From a virus (taxonomy: Duplodnaviria > Caudoviricetes), in the IMG/VR virus record IMGVR_UViG_3300028586_000740, positions 1-35,610 of that record: 35,610 bases of DNA; one strand, given 5' to 3'. This document shows, one piece after another, positions 9,376 to 18,376 of this stretch. A model generated the notes under the pieces. It was not told the DNA's origin. It saw only the letters and a list, made by a program, of their open reading frames with translations, and made no database searches. The position numbers and the translations under genes were made by a program. Every line of letters starts with the position of its first letter. Positions within the stretch are counted from its first letter, which is position 1.

Positions 9376-10541
9376 TGCAGGACCACCGCCAGGCTCTGGA
9401 TCCGAGGAATGGTCAGCGCTGACACGATGTCGGCATTGGCGAAACGCAGCGAGCTGATGTTGGGAAACTGGACGTGCAGCTCTTCAGTCAGCCGGCTGAA
9501 GCTGAAGCGGGACTGGGGAAAGGTGCGGGTCGGGGCGTAATCGCTCTGCGTGCTTTCACGAAACGCGGCGCGGATGAACAGCCCGACTTCGGTCTGCAGC
9601 GTCTGCAGCTGCAGCGCCGTAAGGTTCGCCACCGGCCAGACGTTGACGCTGATCGCGTGCAGGGTTTCAGGCATGGCCATGGCCAGCAGATCATCACCGT
9701 GGCCATGGTTGCCGCCGTCGCGGATATGGGTGTTGATCTGCTCAAGGAAGGTGTCAGCCGGAACGCCGGCGTCGAACAGCACGAACGCATTGGCGCTGCC
9801 TGGGCCACGTGGTGCGCCGTGCTCGAAGTACACGCCATCCGCCGCCACGCCCGGAAAACCGGTGATGATCGCCCGATACACCGCGTCGGTGTGCCACTGG
9901 TTGACCGCCGAGAACTGGTTGCGGACCCTCAGACGCAGCTGGTCGTCGTGCTCGGCGTCCGCGCCTGGCGTCTGCAGCCACTCTGCAGCGTTCACCACCT
10001 GGACGATGCCTGGCACCGATTGAGGCAGGACGGCGTAGTAACCAGGTGCCAGGTTGTAGCCGCTGCCGGCACCCACGGCCCTGACCGGCACGACGAGCTG
10101 GCTCTGTCCTTCTTCAAAGCTGCGCGGCTCGGTGGTGACCAACTGATAGATATGGCCGTTGAGCGTCGGAGACTGGACCAGGGTGCCGATCGGCACTTCC
10201 AGTTCCCCACCGGTATTGGCGCGGGTGAACAGCAGTTCACCGGTGGCCACCGTCGCGGCCTTGCGCTCGACGTTGACCGCCCAGGCCAACATGTCCAGCC
10301 ACTGGTTGCCGGCCGTCTTCACGAAGAAGTTCGGCAGGACCGTGCCGCTGACAAACTCCAGCAGCCACAGCACCGGCTTGGTCACCAGGGCGGTGATGAT
10401 CCGCCAGAACGGGCTGTATGCGCTGGTGTTGGTCAGCGTGCTGCCCTGCTCGACGGCGAGCTTTTCCCAGGCCTGTTTGAGCTGGGCCTCGGTGGTCGGG
10501 ATGCCGGAGTCACCCAGAGCCTTTTTGAAGTCGACGGTCAT
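9372..10541 (-). CDS. Baseplate J/gp47 family protein
   Basis: WLDMLAW, GSGYN, PGADAEHDDQLRLR and PRGPGS motifs. Confidence 0.9.
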   Translation of the reverse strand: MTVDFKKALGDSGIPTTEAQLKQAWEKLAVEQGSTLTNTSAYSPFWRIITALVTKPVLWLLEFVSGTVLPNFFVKTAGNQWLDMLAWAVNVERKAATVATGELLFTRANTGGELEVPIGTLVQSPTLNGHIYQLVTTEPRSFEEGQSQLVVPVRAVGAGSGYNLAPGYYAVLPQSVPGIVQVVNAAEWLQTPGADAEHDDQLRLRVRNQFSAVNQWHTDAVYRAIITGFPGVAADGVYFEHGAPRGPGSANAFVLFDAGVPADTFLEQINTHIRDGGNHGHGDDLLAMAMPETLHAISVNVWPVANLTALQLQTLQTEVGLFIRAAFRESTQSDYAPTRTFPQSRFSFSRLTEELHVQFPNISSLRFANADIVSALTIPRIQSLAVVLQ

Positions 10542-10855
10542 AGGGAGATCTCCACCTGACCGAACTTCACGGTCGTGGCGGTCACCAGGTACACGCCCGG
10601 CTGCGTCTGCTCGATCTGCGCAGTGCCTGGCACCAGGCGTTCGTCGTCCTCCACCAGCAGCTCCATCTGCTGGATGCAGTCGCGCTGACGCAGCCGGTCG
10701 CGCTCGGCCACCAGCGTGATCAGCAGGCCGCTTTCGCGGATCAGGTGCGCGATGTCCTGGGCGATTGAGGCACGGTCATCCACCAGCAGCGGCTGCCTGG
10801 CCGGATCGAGCACCAGGTCGTTGTTCATGATCAACAGATCTACGTATTCGCTCAT
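10538..10855 (-). CDS. Baseplate wedge protein (DUF2590/gpW-like)
   Basis: IAQDIAHLIRESG...EDDERLVPGT; synteny. Confidence 0.75.
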   Translation of the reverse strand: MSEYVDLLIMNNDLVLDPARQPLLVDDRASIAQDIAHLIRESGLLITLVAERDRLRQRDCIQQMELLVEDDERLVPGTAQIEQTQPGVYLVTATTVKFGQVEISL

Positions 10856-13218
10856 CAGCCGCCCACCGCCATGGCCATCATGTTTTCCATTTCCAGTGGG
10901 GTCATGGGTTTGGACGTGTGGATCTCGACCTTTTCCACGCGGATGCCTTGGCGCTCATGCGGGTTCAGGGCGTTGTTCTGGTTCTGGAACGTTTGCATCA
11001 GTCCTCCTTTCGGGACGGCTGTGGGTTTGGTGGGACTGATCGAGGTATTGGCCGAAACCGCCTTGCGGGCTTCGATGCCTTTCTCTGCCTGGGCAGGCAG
11101 CTGAATGACCTTCTCGACACGCGCCGGCAACGCGGTGGTGGCCGGGATCGGCAGTGCCAGACCGGCCGGTGCCGGCGGCAGCTTGATCGGCTCGCCCTGC
11201 TGGATCTGCGGGACCGGTATCTGCAGCGGCTTGAACGGCAGGACGTTGGGTTGCGGCACGCTGATGGGCGGCGCTGGCAAGACCTGAACCTTCGGCGCCG
11301 GGATCTGCGCCGGCGCCGCTCGGGTGACGACATCCGGCACCAAGGCCAGCGGCTTGGGCGGCTGGCTGGCCGGTACCGGCGCGGCCGAGGCCATCTTGGA
11401 TCCAGGCGCTGTGCCCGCTGGGGGTGTAGCCACTGCCGCTGGCAAATTGGGACCCGGTGTCACGACGGGACCAGGCACCTCCGGCACCTTTGGCGGCTCC
11501 GGCAGATCTGCAAACGTCGTCGCTATGTTGACGCCGGGGATTTTGTTGGCCATCTGGATAAGGCCGTTGATTGCGCCCTTCACCGTGGCCAGGATGCTGT
11601 CCCAAGCGGTCTTGGCGATGCCGGACCAGCCGCCCATCGAGCCGAACCAGTTGGACAGGCTGGCCAACTGGTCGCTGATCCACTGGAACGCGGTGGTGTT
11701 CATCAAAGCCGCGCACAGCTCGTCCCAATACACGACCGCTGCCACTACGGCGGCGGCCAGCAGGACGATGCCGGCGACAATCAGCAGCACCGGGTTGGCC
11801 CACATGGCGGCGTTGACCAGCCAGATTGCGCCTTGCCACAGCAGCATGCCGGCCCGCACCAGGCCCATCCAGGTGTACAGGACCACCAGGCCTGCCGCGA
11901 AAGCTGCGACCAGCACGGTGTGGAACAGAAACATGGCGATGGACTTGAAGCCCTGCCAGTTGAGCAGCTTCCAGACCGTGAGCATGCCCAGCCAGACCAT
12001 TTTGCTGACACCGACCACCAGGGTGAGCATGGACATCGCGGCGATGAACCCAAAGACCACCAGCGTCGTGATACCAATGATTCGCGTGATGTTCGGGAAC
12101 AGCTGCGTCCAGCGGGTCAGCGTCTGGGCAATGCCCACCAGGCGATCCATCAGCGGGGTCAGGGTCGGGATCAACGACTGGCCGAACGCGATACGCAGCG
12201 CTTCGACGGCTTTGCCGAACTGCTGCCACGGATCGACCATGGCCTTGGCCATCTTCTCGGCGTTCTCCAGACCCCGGACCTTGCCCAGCTCGCTGATGCC
12301 ACTGCGCAGCCGGTCCGTGTCCTTGGCCAGCGCGCCGATCACCTGGGCACCTTCACCGCCGAATGCTTCCATCAGCTTGGTGCCGGCAGACGCGCTGGTC
12401 AGGTCGCCATACTTGGCGGTCAGCTTGTCCAGGATCTCGATCATCGGCAGCGCTTTGCCGGTGGAATCAGTGAATTTGAGGCCGGTTTTCTCGGCCGCTG
12501 CGCCCATGTTTTCAAAGAACGCCTTGTAGCGTCCGCCGGCATCGCCGCCTTCCATGGTGCTGGACAGCGAACCGATCACGGCCATCTGCTCGGCCACGCT
12601 GACGCCGGCCTGCGTGGCGATCGCACCGACCTCTTTAAACGCGTCCTTGAGCTGCGCACCGTCGGTACGGAACAGTTTTACGGCCAGCGCCGTTTGCCCG
12701 GTCAGTTGCTCGACCCATTCGACCTTGCCCATCTTGTCGGCTTCGGTCTTGAACAGGTTGTACATGGTGCCCAGGTACGCGCCGGTGGTTTCGGCGTCGG
12801 CCTTGGTGACCTTGGCCAGCAGGTTGCTGGAACTGGTGATGGCGGCCAACTGGCCATCGACCAGCCCCTTGATCGCGCCATCGATGACGCGGGACGAGGC
12901 CACGAATTCGGCGGCGCTGGCAGCGTAGGTGATCGAGAATTCCAGGGCTTTGCTGTTGAGGGACGTCAGTGCGTCCTCGGCAGTACCCAGGGCGCGCATG
13001 TCGCCCAGCGCCCGGTTCACTTCCAGCGCCGGTTCCAGGGATTCAGTGATGGCTGTGCCCGCACCCACCATGCCAGCCAGGCCTGCCCCCATCTGGATGA
13101 TGTTCTGCTGACTCTGGGCGGCAAGGTCGCTGAAACTGGTTTTCACCTTGCCCAGGGGCGCACTGACCTTGTCGGTCAGGTTCAGGATGAAAGCCAGGCG
13201 GGCGGAACGGTCAGCCAT
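10855..13218 (-). CDS. Tail tape measure protein
   Basis: 787 aa, Ala/Gly-rich helical sequence with a TM-rich middle, an ANP motif and a Pro-rich C-terminal insert. Confidence 0.92.
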   Translation of the reverse strand: MADRSARLAFILNLTDKVSAPLGKVKTSFSDLAAQSQQNIIQMGAGLAGMVGAGTAITESLEPALEVNRALGDMRALGTAEDALTSLNSKALEFSITYAASAAEFVASSRVIDGAIKGLVDGQLAAITSSSNLLAKVTKADAETTGAYLGTMYNLFKTEADKMGKVEWVEQLTGQTALAVKLFRTDGAQLKDAFKEVGAIATQAGVSVAEQMAVIGSLSSTMEGGDAGGRYKAFFENMGAAAEKTGLKFTDSTGKALPMIEILDKLTAKYGDLTSASAGTKLMEAFGGEGAQVIGALAKDTDRLRSGISELGKVRGLENAEKMAKAMVDPWQQFGKAVEALRIAFGQSLIPTLTPLMDRLVGIAQTLTRWTQLFPNITRIIGITTLVVFGFIAAMSMLTLVVGVSKMVWLGMLTVWKLLNWQGFKSIAMFLFHTVLVAAFAAGLVVLYTWMGLVRAGMLLWQGAIWLVNAAMWANPVLLIVAGIVLLAAAVVAAVVYWDELCAALMNTTAFQWISDQLASLSNWFGSMGGWSGIAKTAWDSILATVKGAINGLIQMANKIPGVNIATTFADLPEPPKVPEVPGPVVTPGPNLPAAVATPPAGTAPGSKMASAAPVPASQPPKPLALVPDVVTRAAPAQIPAPKVQVLPAPPISVPQPNVLPFKPLQIPVPQIQQGEPIKLPPAPAGLALPIPATTALPARVEKVIQLPAQAEKGIEARKAVSANTSISPTKPTAVPKGGLMQTFQNQNNALNPHERQGIRVEKVEIHTSKPMTPLEMENMMAMAVGG

Positions 13219-13223
13219 CAGGG

Positions 13224-13678
13224 TTATCCGTTAAAGGCAGTGGAGATGCCGTTGGCCACGGCGATCTCCATGCGTCTCCAGTATTCGTCTTCAAGCCACT
13301 TGGCGGTGCCCATGACCTCGATCGTGGGTTCTGCGCCAGGCAGCCAGCGGTGGGCCAGGGCCAGCAGCTGGCCCAGCCCGTCTTGGGTCAAGCCTTCGGC
13401 GTGCTCGAGGACTTTTTTACGATCACTTCCACGTCCGGCGAATACTCTTCAAGCAGTGCGCCGGCCAGGGTCATGGTGGTGATCGGGTTTTCCAGCAGCG
13501 CTTTGAGCGCGGCCTTGTCCTCGTCCTTGACGGTGCCCATCAGCAGGTTGTGAGCCGGGGCGACCTTGTTGGCCTGGGTGGTGGCGTTGAAGTACTTGGT
13601 GATGACCTGGGGGCTCAGGTTGAACGTGAATTCCTTGTCGCCACGTTCCAGGGTGATGCTGCGGTTTACTTCGCTCAT
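13224..13678 (-). CDS. -1 frameshifted tail chaperone (E+E'/GT analogue, about 151 aa)
   Basis: A AAA AAG at 13418-13412; the -1 frame reads VLEHAEGLTQDGLGQLLALAHRWLPG...YWRRMEIAVANGISTAFNG and stops 5 nt before the tape measure ATG. Confidence 0.85.
13388..13678 (-). CDS. Tail assembly chaperone (gpE/lambda G analogue)
   Basis: Directly upstream of the tape measure gene; ends just after a slippery A AAA AAG. Confidence 0.85.
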   Translation of the reverse strand: MSEVNRSITLERGDKEFTFNLSPQVITKYFNATTQANKVAPAHNLLMGTVKDEDKAALKALLENPITTMTLAGALLEEYSPDVEVIVKKSSSTPKA

Positions 13679-13711
13679 GTCAGTATTTCCGTAAGGTTGA
13701 GTTGCAAAAGG

Positions 13712-14191
13712 TCAGGGTTGTGCCGGCGTGCGTTGCACGACCTGGCGGATGTAGTCCTGCAGGGCGAGGATCATTTGCCGGCTGCGGGCAAGCTCGTCTC
13801 GTAAGGTGAAATAAGCCGATCGAGCGTCGGCTGTGAGTTCGGCGGTTCCTGCATCAGCCAGGCTGGCGGTGCCGGCGGCACCGGATCCGGCTGAACAAGT
13901 GGCGTGGACACGCAGCCGCTCAATGCCAGCAGCGACAGCGCGCTGCAGATCGGTGTTCTTGGTAAGCGCACGGTTCAATTCCTTCGTGTGTTGGGTGTCG
14001 AGCTGGTCACGCGCTGCGAGCATCTCGCCGCTGATGCGTGCGGCTTCGCGTAAGCCATCGCGCTCGCTTACGGCGCTGTCGCGCTCCTGGACAACGGTTT
14101 CGTACCGACCAAGCGCCCAATCGACGGCAAGCCAAATGACGAGGCCGACGAACAGGGTGCGAAATAGCAGCTGCAGCGGGCTGATGGTCAT
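13712..14191 (-). CDS. i-spanin (Rz)
   Basis: N-terminal TM helix, coiled coil and RLRVHATC motif; ATGA overlap with the endolysin stop. Confidence 0.88.
   Translation of the reverse strand: MTISPLQLLFRTLFVGLVIWLAVDWALGRYETVVQERDSAVSERDGLREAARISGEMLAARDQLDTQHTKELNRALTKNTDLQRAVAAGIERLRVHATCSAGSGAAGTASLADAGTAELTADARSAYFTLRDELARSRQMILALQDYIRQVVQRTPAQP
13771..13971 (-). CDS. o-spanin lipoprotein (Rz1) embedded in Rz
   Basis: GTG start with an AAGGA RBS; lipobox LSGC; Pro-rich mature part (PDPVPPAPPAWLM). Confidence 0.85.
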   Translation of the reverse strand: MRLPRTPICSALSLLALSGCVSTPLVQPDPVPPAPPAWLMQEPPNSQPTLDRLISPYETSLPAAGK

Positions 14192-14715
14192 TTCAGGCAA
14201 AGCCTCATTTCAGCCAGCCGACGGTTGTGCAAGCCACGCACGAAGGTCTTGCGGCCATCGCCACCGGTCACATAAGCCCACACCGGTGTTGTGCCGTCTG
14301 CGGACCAGGCCAGCGCCTTGCAACCCTCGGCAATGCGGCCCGCGTTGATCAGGCCCACGGCACGGCTCGCGCACGTCGTCGGCACACCGAAGTTGTGGCC
14401 ATGGCTGCTCAGGGCATCGAACGTGCTCTGTCCGATCGCCTGGTTGGTCAGGCAGTCGGCCAGGCTTAGTTGCCCCTTGGCGATGACCAGGCTTTCCACC
14501 TCGGCGCAGCGCGCGTCGGACCAGAAGTCACCGACCCGCACCGGATCCGGGCTGGTGTACCGGGTGATGCCCTTGCAGACGGTGGGCAATCCGCCGGCCA
14601 GCTTGTCGGCGTACACCACGTTCTGGCCGTTGCCTTCCCATTCGCCCAGGAACGCGGTCAACGTGCCGCTGCAGACCAGCAGGACGCCGGTAAGGATCTT
14701 GACGCGCAGGCTCAT
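14188..14715 (-). CDS. Endolysin, GH24 lysozyme, probably SAR-type
   Basis: Weakly hydrophobic N-terminal anchor; catalytic-type WEG...YAD...PTVCKG; C-terminal GLHNRRLAE. Confidence 0.9.
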   Translation of the reverse strand: MSLRVKILTGVLLVCSGTLTAFLGEWEGNGQNVVYADKLAGGLPTVCKGITRYTSPDPVRVGDFWSDARCAEVESLVIAKGQLSLADCLTNQAIGQSTFDALSSHGHNFGVPTTCASRAVGLINAGRIAEGCKALAWSADGTTPVWAYVTGGDGRKTFVRGLHNRRLAEMRLCLK

Positions 14716-14918
14716 GGCTTGATCCTCCAGTCACGCAACATCTGGCGGTATTTGGGAATCAGCAGCAGGATCTGCAGCACCATGTAAATCGCGGTCAGCA
14801 TGTAGGCCACCGACGACCAGTCGACGGTGCCTGTTGCCCCTGTTGCGGCCACGCCGATGGCAGGCGATGCCTTCACCAGGGCGATGGCGGTGTCCTGCGC
14901 GACCTGATTGGTGCTCAT
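14712..14918 (-). CDS. Holin
   Basis: 68 aa with hydrophobic segments and a basic C-terminus, directly upstream of the endolysin; ATGA overlaps. Confidence 0.75.
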   Translation of the reverse strand: MSTNQVAQDTAIALVKASPAIGVAATGATGTVDWSSVAYMLTAIYMVLQILLLIPKYRQMLRDWRIKP

Positions 14919-15127
14919 CGGCGCTGTCCTTTTTCGGTCAGGGATTGGCAAGGCACGCAACGAGTCATGCCGCCCAGCACCTGGCGCGCCGATGGGATCT
15001 CCTTGTCGCAGTCCTGGCAGTGGGTGAGGCTTGGCCCGCTCGCTCGCGGCTTGGCCAACTGGGCAGCAATGGCCTGGTCGCGTTGCCGCTGCTCCAGGGC
15101 CTGGGCGCGATCGAACGGGCAGACCAT
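14915..15127 (-). CDS. TraR/DksA C4 zinc-finger protein
   Basis: CQDC...IPSARQ...RCVPCQ; N-terminal D-x-A (FDRAQ). Confidence 0.9.
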   Translation of the reverse strand: MVCPFDRAQALEQRQRDQAIAAQLAKPRASGPSLTHCQDCDKEIPSARQVLGGMTRCVPCQSLTEKGQRR

Positions 15128-15579
15128 TACGTCAGGCCCTCGATTTCAGCAGCAGCCAGGTATGGCACGCCGTTGATCTTGATGAAGTCCGGACTGGTGA
15201 CATCGAACGGCACCTTGTGGGTGTTCTTCGCGCCGCCCTTCGGATCGATGCTCAGCAGGCTGGAAACGCGGACCTTGCAACCGAACGCCTCGATGCGCAG
15301 TTCCTCTTCGCCGGCCTTGGCAAAGAACACGATGTCGAACGGCTCCAGCTCACGGAAGCTGCCGGACGCTTTCGCCTGCTCGATCAGCAGATTGAAGTTG
15401 GTGGTGTCCAGCTCCAGTTCGCCAGCTGCAGCCACATCGCCGTCGACGTGGCCGTTGGGCACGCCCTTGGTCTGGGCCACGGTGCTGTTGTCCGTGATGT
15501 CCAGGGTGCCGGCCTCGACATGAACGAGCAGATCGCCCAGGTTCACGTCGAAGTTCTTACCGCCAATTTTTGCGGCCAT
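15127..15579 (-). CDS. Tail tube protein (HP1-type)
   Basis: GVPNGHVDGDV and VTSPDFIKINGVPYL motifs; follows the sheath gene. Confidence 0.85.
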   Translation of the reverse strand: MAAKIGGKNFDVNLGDLLVHVEAGTLDITDNSTVAQTKGVPNGHVDGDVAAAGELELDTTNFNLLIEQAKASGSFRELEPFDIVFFAKAGEEELRIEAFGCKVRVSSLLSIDPKGGAKNTHKVPFDVTSPDFIKINGVPYLAAAEIEGLT

Positions 15580-15582
15580 GGG

Positions 15583-16695
15583 TTACTCCGAATCCGTAAC
15601 GGAAAGGTCCAGCGCGATGTTCGCGGTCAGGTCTTTCGGGCAGTTGAGGGGGCGCAGCTTGAGGTAGGCCACGACAGAGGTTTTGCTCGTCCAGGTCAGC
15701 ACGATGTCGCCGTCCTTGGGCTGCTCGATCTCGCCTGGAAACACCTGGCCGGCGAACTTCGTGGACTTGGCCATCGCACGCAGCGGGGCCATCAGCTTGG
15801 ACGTGGTGGTCGCCATGCTGTTGGCCGAGCTGTTCAGGGTCCGATCACCCACATAGCGGATCAGCAGGATCCGGACACGGCGCGCAGCCTTGTCCACGAC
15901 GCGCAGGTTTTCGATCACCTGGAAGTCACTGCCTGGGGTGTCCAGCAGGCTGCCGTCGCCCCAGTACGTGCCGGGATAGTCCGGGTAGGTCTGCGGTACC
16001 GACAGACGCGCTGCGTCCAGTTGCGTCAGGACAGCGGTGGTCAGCGGAATACCGTCCAGATCCTTGGGCTCAGCGCCCAGCCCCACGACCGCGCCGGTGG
16101 CCACACGCATGGGGGTGTCAGCAACGCTGACGGCGGCGTTGGCCAGGCGGCCGGCGAGCACGCCGAGGTTGTTGCCGTGCAGTTGCGGTACCGGCAACAC
16201 GCGAGGCGCGGCCAGGCCATCGACGACGGCTTTCTGCTCGACGACGTATGCGCTCCAGGTCTGCTGCGGAGCGATGCCAGCCGTGGCGGCCATCACGAAG
16301 ATGCGTCGACCCAGCTTGTTGCTCAGATCGGTGGCGGCGACGTGCATAGCCGACAGCTCGGCCTGGGTGGTCGACGGCTTGACGATCACGACCGCTTCGA
16401 ACGAATAGGTGCGAGTGGCGCTTTCCAGCGCCTGTTGCCAGGTAACGTCGTCTGCGATCGGAGCGGCCACGCAGGCCCAGCGATCACCGCCGTTGCTGCG
16501 CGCTGCCTGGATCTGGGTTTTCAGGTCGCTGTCCGGAACGCCCAGCTGGACGTCCAGATCGCTCTGGGTGTCCAGCGGGACCAGCTTGCCGACGTTTTTG
16601 GCAGCGGGACCGATGAACAGGAAATAGCGTTCGATCTCGGTCACGGCACCTTGGCCGAGGTTGAGATTGTTTACGCTGACTTTGCCGAGTGCCAT
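15583..16695 (-). CDS. Tail sheath protein (DUF2586-like)
   Basis: Start reassigned to ATG 16695 (MALGKVSVNNLNLGQG); YPDYPGTYWGD and IENLRVVDKAARRVR motifs. Confidence 0.88.
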   Translation of the reverse strand: MALGKVSVNNLNLGQGAVTEIERYFLFIGPAAKNVGKLVPLDTQSDLDVQLGVPDSDLKTQIQAARSNGGDRWACVAAPIADDVTWQQALESATRTYSFEAVVIVKPSTTQAELSAMHVAATDLSNKLGRRIFVMAATAGIAPQQTWSAYVVEQKAVVDGLAAPRVLPVPQLHGNNLGVLAGRLANAAVSVADTPMRVATGAVVGLGAEPKDLDGIPLTTAVLTQLDAARLSVPQTYPDYPGTYWGDGSLLDTPGSDFQVIENLRVVDKAARRVRILLIRYVGDRTLNSSANSMATTTSKLMAPLRAMAKSTKFAGQVFPGEIEQPKDGDIVLTWTSKTSVVAYLKLRPLNCPKDLTANIALDLSVTDSE

Positions 16696-16709
16696 AAAGC
16701 GGTACCTCG

Positions 16710-17387
16710 TTAGCGGGGTGAAGTTAGGATTTGTTGCAGCACCAGGTTCACCAGCTGGCTGGTTTCGCTGTCGCTGGCACCGAGGAACTGACGCGCAGGC
16801 AGCTTGATGTCCCAGCTTTGCGCACCCGTGGATTCGGCTCGTTCGTCGTCCAGGACGCGGATCAGCAATCCCGCCCTGGCGTAGTTCAGGTGTTGCTGGA
16901 TCCACGCCACGGATGGGCGGGTCAGGGTCTTTTTGCCTTCCTGGCGGGTCTTGAAACCCAGACGGCGCAGGCGCTTGGCCTGCTTTTCGGTAGCGGCGGT
17001 GCCCTCGGGCACCTTGTTCCACTGGCGCATCTGCGCGGCGGTACGCCGCTCTGACACCCCGTTGTGTTGCTGTGAAGCAACCCAACGGGTCAGGGTGTTG
17101 CGCCAGCCCAATTCGGCCTCGTTGCCGGTCAGCCGGGTGACATCGAGCAGCTTGCCCAGACCCGCTTCCATCTTCTTTTTGCCCTTGGACGTGTCCTTGC
17201 GGGCTTCGAAGGGCGTGCCGTCCAGGTTCTGCTGGTTGCGGATCCGCTGCCGGCTCATGCTGCGCACGCGCTTGGCCACGTTGTTCAGCAGCCGCTTGCG
17301 CTTGGGCGTTGGCAGTTCCAACAGGGACAGCAGATCCTGCGCATCGAGCATGCCGCGAATGTCCAGATCGAACGTGCTACGCGCCAT
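16710..17387 (-). CDS. Virion morphogenesis/tail completion protein (gpS-like)
   Basis: QQNLDGTPFEARK and LPARQFLG motifs. Confidence 0.85.
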   Translation of the reverse strand: MARSTFDLDIRGMLDAQDLLSLLELPTPKRKRLLNNVAKRVRSMSRQRIRNQQNLDGTPFEARKDTSKGKKKMEAGLGKLLDVTRLTGNEAELGWRNTLTRWVASQQHNGVSERRTAAQMRQWNKVPEGTAATEKQAKRLRRLGFKTRQEGKKTLTRPSVAWIQQHLNYARAGLLIRVLDDERAESTGAQSWDIKLPARQFLGASDSETSQLVNLVLQQILTSPR

Positions 17388-17820
17388 GACTGGTCACCTC
17401 GCCCGACTCAGCCACCCACAGTTCGAAGGGCACAAACGACCAGGTCTTGCCGTAGGCCTCGATTTCGCCGGTCAGATCCTCGGCCAGGTACTGGGCCTCG
17501 GTGAACTGCAGCTTGATGTCGACGTCAGCCAGGTCGTTGTCGAGCATGGTCACGTCGAACACCACATTGGGCAGGCCGTCGCGGTCCTGGTCGTGGGTTT
17601 CCAACCAGCTGCCCACCAGGGCGAACAGGCGCGCCGGGTGATCCGCGAACCGCTCGATCGTGATGGTCGCGCCATAGTTCATGTCACCCATGTGCATACC
17701 GTCGGTGTCGGGCTTCCAGATCAGCTCGACCTGCACCTGGTCGGTCCAGCTGTCGAGCTGCTCCGGGGCAACCAACTGGCGATCGAGCAGGTAGGCGGTC
17801 AACGCCTTGAGCTTGATCAC
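17377..17820 (-). CDS. Tail completion protein (gpR-like)
   Basis: Synteny; MIKLKALTAYL N-terminus. Confidence 0.75.
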   Translation of the reverse strand: MIKLKALTAYLLDRQLVAPEQLDSWTDQVQVELIWKPDTDGMHMGDMNYGATITIERFADHPARLFALVGSWLETHDQDRDGLPNVVFDVTMLDNDLADVDIKLQFTEAQYLAEDLTGEIEAYGKTWSFVPFELWVAESGEVTSHGA

Positions 17821-18278
17821 AGCAGTGCCACCGTGATGCGGCCACGGCCCTGCAGCGACCGAACGGCAGCCTGGCTGAATGCCAGGAACGTTTCCGAACG
17901 CTCGGGCAGTTCTTTGCCAATGTTTTCGGCGCTTTCGCGGCGATTGACGGTGGCGAACTGGGTCAGCAGGCTGGCTTTGGCCCGGCTGTAAACGGCACGC
18001 TTGTACGTGGCCGCCTGAAAGGTGCGCTCTGGCAGGACGGTGGTGTCTGCGGTTTCAACGTTGGACACGCCAGCGGCCTGCCATCGCGCTTTAAGCTTGG
18101 CCAGGTCGGTGTTCACCTCGACCATGGCCATGGTCAGATCAGCCGTCAGCATGTCTACCAGGTACTCCGCCGGCAGGCGGTAACCCTTCTGGAACTCGGT
18201 CACAGAGAGGTCGGGCCAAAAGCCGTCGTTCTCGATCGCCTGTTCCACAAAGGTGGTGGGTTTCCCTGAAAAGCTCAT
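17817..18278 (-). CDS. Head completion/stabilisation protein (gpL)
   Basis: IENDGFWPD and YKRAVYSRAKA motifs. Confidence 0.88.
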   Translation of the reverse strand: MSFSGKPTTFVEQAIENDGFWPDLSVTEFQKGYRLPAEYLVDMLTADLTMAMVEVNTDLAKLKARWQAAGVSNVETADTTVLPERTFQAATYKRAVYSRAKASLLTQFATVNRRESAENIGKELPERSETFLAFSQAAVRSLQGRGRITVALL

Positions 18279-18376
18279 GCTGGCCGCTCAAATAGGGGCG
18301 GGAAAACTGTTTCAGTGGGTCAGGGCCATAAATGGTTGGCTCACATCCACAGTTTCTCGCCGGGGGGGGTAGTCGG

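Noticed and set aside
10918-13482. 854-aa + strand ORF and other long antisense ORFs (e.g. 15031-16713, 9474-10559, 19087-20109)
   Set aside because: Shadow frames of GC-rich, codon-biased structural genes; no recognisable motifs.
16696-17085. N-terminal extensions in the ORF track for sheath, capsid, holin, fibre chaperone, Rz, ogr and several early genes
   Set aside because: They overlap upstream genes. Downstream ATGs with an RBS or ATGA coupling fit better, so starts were reassigned.
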